A DNA stretch of 62,650 bases, filler included, from Stramenopiles sp. TOSAG23-2 (lineage: Eukaryota): NCBI GenBank assembly GCA_900128395.1. It is 3 parts of 3 records of this genome, joined end to end, with 100 filler letters (N's around TTAATTAATTAA, not from the genome) between each part and the next. Parts side by side here need not be neighbours in the genome. Positions count along the whole stretch, not along the records: positions 41,855 to 62,650 come from LT649551.1; 2 more parts are not named here. The stretch is one strand, 5' to 3'. The notes beneath the pieces were generated by a model. It ran no database searches. It had not been told where the DNA came from and saw only the letters and a list, made by a program, of their open reading frames with translations. Position numbers and translations under genes: made by a program. Of this stretch, positions 60,101 through 62,650 are shown in pieces. Numbering within the stretch: the stretch's first letter is position 1; each line of letters starts with the position of its first letter.

Positions 60101-61026
60101 TCATAGGATGCTGTTAATTCATTTAACTCTACCACATATTGCAAACTTGTAATCATATCAGTAACATAATTATGCAGTCCTTTAACCACTCTTAATAAAT
60201 TACCGCTGTTCAAGTTCCAAACCCAAACATCAGTTCCACCACTACCAAAAATATAATTACAATTTACAGGTGCATGTAATAACGTAATTGGTCTATCATG
60301 ATCTTGCAATACGCGACGCATGATTATTTTAATCGCGCTGGCATTTGAAGCTGTCGCATACAATAATGGTGATGTCGGTGGTAAAATTTGTTGCTTTGCT
60401 GCCAATTTTGGATCATGGCTATCTTCTAAATTCCACACTTTTAAAGAAGTAGATGTGGACGATGTTACCAACTCCTCGCGCTGTTGATGAAATGCTGCAG
60501 CGACGACAGGTGCAGTATGTGCATTAAATTGTAATAATAAGGACAAAGATGGATGAAAAATTTTAACCACGGCTGGATCTACAAAACTATTTGCGCCTTT
60601 CGTACGTGGATCGCCACCAAAAACGCATATATACAAATCACGTCGTTCCGCATGCATTAAGGATACTACTAACGCTTCCATTGGTAGTGCATTATCACTA
60701 TTATTGCTGTGATATTTATTATTATTATTATTATTATCGCTATTTGTTGATTGTGGAATTAAATTTATACGCTTCAACTCTTTTCTTAATGACCATAACC
60801 TTAAGCACGTACGATCAGCAGTCAACAAATGCTGCCTTTTGTTATTAAAGCATATTGCATCAATCGTATTTACATGCCCTGGTAATTGATGCCTGACTAT
60901 CATTGTACCAGAATTACCTTCTTGTTCAGGTGGTAAATGAGCCATTAAACGTAGTGGCCATATTGGATGCGATATTTGACTTTGTATGGATTCGATGCTT
61001 GTATTATTAATTGCTGCATCTTGCAT
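48175..61026 (-). CDS. Giant intronless WD40-repeat protein (4283 aa) with helical domains, acidic region and C-terminal PPC-like beta-sandwich
   Basis: Single 12.85-kb ORF. WD repeats (GHVNTIDAICF..LRLWS, AHTAPVVAAAF..LKVWN, TGSADGYLMLWD, SVGEDGIIKVWS, SASLDGTIMMWG). PPC-like YKYFAV..LTITLFAEKGDPDIYLS..GRYVVGVY. Confidence 0.9.
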   Translation of the reverse strand: MQDAAINNTSIESIQSQISHPIWPLRLMAHLPPEQEGNSGTMIVRHQLPGHVNTIDAICFNNKRQHLLTADRTCLRLWSLRKELKRINLIPQSTNSDNNNNNNKYHSNNSDNALPMEALVVSLMHAERRDLYICVFGGDPRTKGANSFVDPAVVKIFHPSLSLLLQFNAHTAPVVAAAFHQQREELVTSSTSTSLKVWNLEDSHDPKLAAKQQILPPTSPLLYATASNASAIKIIMRRVLQDHDRPITLLHAPVNCNYIFGSGGTDVWVWNLNSGNLLRVVKGLHNYVTDMITSLQYVVELNELTASYDDGVLATWLFLLPTEQHDKNENSITPHVKEVNDDDNNNNNNNNYNNDDREDYNPNAKPILCREFPSHRGRVNCAILSDDKFSLFSCGADGDVRHFDAIHGVELGRLPLASTFRVAFKQGTRRVYPPFAIVHSRINGPAGVKEVLFTVAGSSITIAEVQTQRWRFGISNDSILSINPMNKMNPTNNSSHLVILRENNQVNILDVQTGRVVVGSVPTERVNPKGGKAKKRMRASSSMSSLHGSSKFKNNSGRLNKGIAGLKSQTNTKGIGSRTNTNIHSDGKNINRFGNNLKAIGESSNLLQVVKMHWWEELNHSILGWSDGAVELFDPQRGGLRIRLLRDRERIAPVTSICVMHVPCRGGRNSAFRSGNRVASRTLRNIWDEDDDIEGNSSRKDPNLQIGGSCPSTELNGPWGGPVHYKKTVTQISENVRVEHEKNMAKFTVVTGSADGYLMLWDVVKSRMITSMQAHSGPIVDILEIPTLEQCEGALHPVVGKLFPPPLKKTVVSVGEDGIIKVWSAWRSGRLNQVAFFLAQPSSLNGKKDIGSGKNTASGNGKKRRAKVTSSIVLKGSNCLIVGYDNGSMQGWELQTELNANDKLQTGKDKVFLPFWSNQSHVKSVSAMCSPSNGDYFASASLDGTIMMWGAMLLEDVNLANIVLLRSFSINVPIRSINFIANDRVILASHVEGMTVLKANVRSGIAQRKLVIEHRKKKLVMLEENSSIQDSSKEDTKKEEIGQHGTVVATTQEESAKTEEKSESIVVETEKIPAEKSFPITGYVPYNDVVTSSPANDKIDSNVFQQQNSNIKQPTGYLKTTSDPLSRTAPTVSLSNDFQMANQLRQASIGGLERTKSMTEIPQLSKWGERHAAKSIPSNNPMPPGAMIHNAQNASVTLKSKPQIGWMNNNHSQIDKELQQEEVQQQSSGVLNNGITDSSLRRFSSSFKLNDSQGDNLEHYVYDEKNNITHNFSMEQEIERSLSTRGSNIRPFSTGDNSKLLDDNSMLQRLPFKHDRPGSREGIIKIVVSGTKESVEDVSIEGKVDNELSCINMKSQVPLEGTSMEDISKELSTELSNVKQHELPADPNSKEASKSNKYHVNLRVGLDPMAIAILREEFTKLCLPPQIKLKFEELPKVLEHVHIGIGGKNSNESPELWKLWNLHESIFKLKRSIPDAAVARMNEPTSNYQKQLMEERIGRTLVTFDDFLLVATAYVQYLKSNWEALVKMERKQKQNSQAIIKHNIRTVVEYNSIGEVKTHTRNIAVSKGISEGRMWREIEVRAKRAGIASKARFESLMQTPDVWDGGDSKGTLSITPKNRWCQHSQIAINTLSAFARQLSTLTKWPRLHPIYRKIHTKKLHHVMLSLENQALQGLKNLGENYVRPMPLRKVLKNITQIWKDKEAQDVVQDRHSQSRIQMPHFLHEWHMKTYGLIEIAGPKLIAFLESLLVYREVPACRMMARFAQVLVNQDQGGENDIISLLPLQEPSLELFCDAQQWIYSRSEFALNKETAPLINMLTEDSPEAVRLKTVHAGISNDATEILLVNTYRAVECARSMFSGPPDLLESIESHISSLPVVMDQGIHEYVECDCVLEAIVSVHRVWQEELKLQKNLMLQTITDQRPYSPKNSIVVAMPSSSNVNSGNKADADFMDGKSRVKSPILGNTDDKPTSGAVIGALKVLLDDFILCDKNTRVSKDESVIRNNTTGSGTLLEYNFAEVLRNSKLWSGSILSDRLLHNLSLSFKRFNGENKQQVNSGGSTLDANESVNNNNRNDNRVAYLEFWSQLYQYATVKESKYHGGFIVFTPKILEDMITVTEEDILIQNSLAGANGNVLDRSGSINSLQGNSALDEMPFNNRNSITGITSINVRSNKNRNSSNGMSKSTSNLIDDAQFSVTRGHGRGTRTAFLTLAEQIAKDNPETQSMTLNLENTTPSFLVSTHLKELSTVLKDPIEHASLVEKTSNELEIIASQAPFRTTRTDNTNYVHQLDHGTHDRTDKNTRYAPLTKHPASMSRAEIEESQEAMLRDFGRSLLKGDQPSLPPSRPISPINSSMLNEQSYSLEESSLMLNQQQHVVVTRRATTPAASLTRVATPSIKSALIKAIKGSSVFDTDQVEAAIRCVSRVNTMSQYFEILMSLLSNASPAEILTSIASDTANTDDLGDEELLRAKTIVRASFHFPAQARRAANAVLQTAITKAEVVAVCMTLISQSSSTDIIRASDLVLPTAVTRTLGNLAKENIFSALSNQNKNGWLTKEEVAKLGKIIAEASETSEGLEILRVTLEGNLMHMKSEDILSSSSARNESLDKQEQDLVLKTLKRAHRRGRIGKKELQISLQVVINAMTKAEVLAIMVSVIRGDDEIAILASAEKAETEVMSVTHAIRAASRHDTRGDDNHSSPDKKARAVSPGGLTIIDPPTLEEGIRPNTLAYKAPPSWKGAGKHHPPVSDVSDRLYPPSFREQPAHWDAAKAKRDKSPPVSPKSSLPSSRGKSRESSRGASRGQSRDSSIRVLSRGQVSRGGITTTSSKNNDLIVDEKGNIIEDKYFNDDSMQIIADQRVSTIGPAQKPIDPVENELLGIQKKREARGEMVEHLGSEYRKKKALKELAKKKSKMGIKSTSKESIKSMMMTKKRRRKARPGDSDDSFSEGSDVELNEVEEIDDEIEAVEEYLKNRDTVYSEKPESTGGDRAWTTRGTMGIPSEIPLQVVDSLQDKVIDDGIKDTSVTAVLEDGTSNDTDLERDEAKSQEKPRASIIIPMDSLVDDIFADDTLNISNVLDHIDGHLVEEDGEQDFNDHFIKEMALREEEEQRKKSDITNDESPTLKEATINVEEEKEKEKEAEKDENVTEEIKDPNRFDEVEEVETVNEVQTVVTEEKEELTTTDDTQFEKEDETKDEGANIEIENAIVEAKEKVIAPKEEKQKDDLIDKKEYEQAETPVEKGTEAPIVEIEKTFEATAESIATAVEEQKEDKNDKVVEQHEESTKEETDTNVAPEQKVSQVDQLKPSADVVKTDVEDTVQDTESNIVEEEKIEATKPIATPEKEEIEEPIVEPEKGNEIEQEQQEQQEQQEQQEQQEQQEQQEQQEQQEQEQQVVVVEKEVEPVVVEEEKQEEAITVKEKQHEEKEDKKKEEIVTENSKEEVEEDAKIDSTPIEEKAIEENDVSVEDTDALKKEESNETVEIETVPVEVNKEVIKPDEEKEEEIEETNEKDSNEKQGDSEGDHEDDEEVDGDSDEAEDVHELMEGEENALEQNDDDEGNDGENEDDEEDEEEEEAVEDSVEIVEEQSEEIPEKPVDLMENFSDQDSDAMDSDDDELSLGALLQIQQDALKAKRLADELAKLRADAKKNPKSESAADRNAAVKDMEKAMREAQQMDEKLQDLMYRRAERDSRRDARARKRRKPRKRNMAMDGLNPEYKLSFSDNLKFKPFQLMKGPSSVPQWDMDDAIDESDGPDSDEDGTEAELKKWRKEKEQAKNTQVTDSGAALSSSFLYETNPVQLPDGWEYGPPMVQTLHPLWKKWFKVKEKKMMSWTPLEIEEEEIDKEAKKLEEQKRANADDDDEEIFMTREKKRKLKKQRTTKLWSKLRAHTKTKWRMSRALRKTRMKNMADMVTIAHNSSHTDTIPFGETKNDEMSAYKYFAVDIMDMHSILTITLFAEKGDPDIYLSTTVLPTKTDHTWRAATVGKCRLVVYPNDGNFVVGRYVVGVYSKVPAKFKIEVDVTGGEYTSKSLDTVIMMTRKFNTIAEGFDRAEEKRIVHTPAPKPKTLTAEERAEEFLNKQHEAEVKIAKMKKEASIFIQKETRSTKKAVHALNKKLHESLTQAAFINAFYKELTKDGLDGFVLSESEESEVEEESEEEEIIVEVNTPSRSELMKAKQYQMDENISDVSDGELSSENEEEEKSPMYKSVQQIDPMRLWRPKFGLTPHEKTEYEKNHEEPKLMLPKQSFSDKRVAIEKKLRLKAELAMPKRTVYKTRKMGKSFKPKRSLTKF
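50866..50967. repeat. Coding 9-bp tandem repeat (TTGTTGTTC/TTGTTGCTC)n encoding (EQQ)n
   Basis: About 11 units visible; translates to EQQEQQEQQ in the WD40 protein. Confidence 0.95.
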
Positions 61027-61578
61027 TGTTATATTTTATCAGTGTTTTACTATTTATTTATTGACTTGCTGGTCCCTAGCTATTCTACGGGTGTTGCATG
61101 AATAGTTGAATATAATTGTAATGTGGATTAGTATTTGCTATAGATAGTGCGCATTAATTATAGTTTGATGTTGGATTATTAGGATATATTATATAATTTA
61201 TTTAGATCTAGACTATCAACGGTTTAATAAAAAAAAATTTTACAACTTCTTTTGGTGCTTTGGTTGCCAGCTGGCGCAATGGTATGTACCTTGTATATAA
61301 TAGGAGGTAAATACAATGCCCAGGATTTCACGATTTCACAGACGTGCACAGCAAAAAAGCACGTGCAGTTGTCTTATTACTAGATATACTGTATGTAGTG
61401 CTAGACGACAGCTAGAGCTAGCCTTCCTTGTGTTCTTCGAATGCAAAAACCACATATACACACCTACTTCACAATGTGAACAAAATTATTACATTTGTAA
61501 GTATCAACACATATCAATAATCAAAATAAGCAACAATAAATAATATTTAATAAAATTAATACTTCTTATTCACCAGAT

Positions 61579-61887
61579 ATGAATAATATAAATAGTAACA
61601 GTAACAATAATGTAGTAGATGAAGAGAATAATACAGAGGATGTAGAAAATAATGTGTTAGAAGAAATTGTACAACCACAACATAGTGTGCTTGCGTTGAA
61701 ACAGTATGCTCAGCATTTACAAGCTGTACAAGATGAAGCAGCTAGGAAACAAGTAGAGGGCAGTATCGAACGTAAACGTCTTGTATTAGCATTTAATAGT
61801 TCTGAAATAGATGAAGATGATCTCGCATTGAAGTTGAATGGTGATGAATCTTTGGAAACTGTACATACACTGAAGGCAAAGCTATAA
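61579..61887 (+). CDS. Hypothetical protein (102 aa), possibly the first exon of a spliced gene
   Basis: ORF divergent from the WD40 gene with protein-like composition; downstream splice structure unresolved. Confidence 0.5.
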   Translation: MNNINSNSNNNVVDEENNTEDVENNVLEEIVQPQHSVLALKQYAQHLQAVQDEAARKQVEGSIERKRLVLAFNSSEIDEDDLALKLNGDESLETVHTLKAKL

Positions 61888-62274
61888 AACTATATTTTGT
61901 ATTTTCTCTCGTCGTGTGATTATTATAGAGCCAATTTGTTTTAGGTTAAGGTTGTATTTATTATTTACCAATTTTATAGTCTAATAATTATATTATACTT
62001 CCTATTTTACCTATAGAGTTTTTGCAAAATCCTTAAATCCAATCGTGGTGTTATCTTGTTTTTGATGATAGATTGAAATTTGAATAATGTTTATGCCAGA
62101 ATGATAAATGACAAGAAGAATTATTGGATTAGCAACATTATGGAATACAATTCTCATTTAAAAAAAGAAAACAATTATTTCCAAGATATTTTCAGATATA
62201 TATATATACATATATCATAATTACAACTATATATATATATTTGCATGTAACAAAATCAATACAGCCACTCAAAT

Positions 62275-62650
62275 ATGGATAGCGATAGTGATGATGAATT
62301 AATGAATGTAGGTATCAACAGCCCAAACCGTAACGTTAGTAACTCACAACTTTCATATAATAGTGATAGTTCAATTGAAAGTGATACTGAGGGTATCTAT
62401 CGTGAAGATAGTATTGGTAATAGTCAATTACAACAATTATTAGACGAAGCTAATGCTAGAAAAGCACAAAATGAATTGCTTGCAAAAGCATCTGATATTA
62501 AAAACAACGTTAAAAAACGAAAAATTGGTGACAGCGATGGTAGTATTGGTATCAAACTAACTATTAATCTTGGAGGAACCAATAATAGCGAGGAATCGAG
62601 GAAGAAATCGAGGCAAGAACAGTCACTTAAAGATACTGTCAATGCTATCG
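62275..62650 (+). CDS. Hypothetical protein, N-terminal part (runs off the right edge)
   Basis: Manual translation MDSDSDDELMNVGINSPNR...LQQLLDEANARKAQNELL...VKKRKIG is open to the window end; acidic start and an NLS-like KKRK. Confidence 0.65.
   Translation, partial: MDSDSDDELMNVGINSPNRNVSNSQLSYNSDSSIESDTEGIYREDSIGNSQLQQLLDEANARKAQNELLAKASDIKNNVKKRKIGDSDGSIGIKLTINLGGTNNSEESRKKSRQEQSLKDTVNAI

Overview
AT-rich, gene-dense, intron-poor eukaryotic DNA from a flagellated protist. A stramenopile-like single-cell or metagenome assembly is inferred, not proven. Two N-gaps carrying an artificial TTAATTAATTAA linker (20830-20929, 41755-41854) split the window into three possibly unlinked contigs. Genes, left to right: axonemal dynein heavy chain (DNAH2-type, missed by the ORF track), an uncharacterised basic protein, a C-type lectin/beta-helix surface protein, a WW-IQ-EF-hand-TPR-UBA protein, a Myb-RAMA-JAB deubiquitinase, importin-alpha (truncated), a small membrane protein, a 3-exon secreted RCC1-repeat protein, casein kinase 1, a head-to-head sterol reductase / 3beta-HSD pair, a WW microprotein, a 2-exon MFS transporter, an EPG5 homologue, a TPR-DnaJ co-chaperone, a coiled-coil protein, a 4283-aa WD40 protein and two partial ORFs. 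The most notable non-coding features are a ~645-bp element with nested inverted repeats (15904-16547), a dispersed ~55-bp repeat in 3' intergenic DNA and recurrent promoter and 3' motifs. Six 75-135-bp tandem duplications, two frameshifts and several displaced fragments look like assembly or amplification artefacts. All homology calls are from motif recognition by eye, with no database search.
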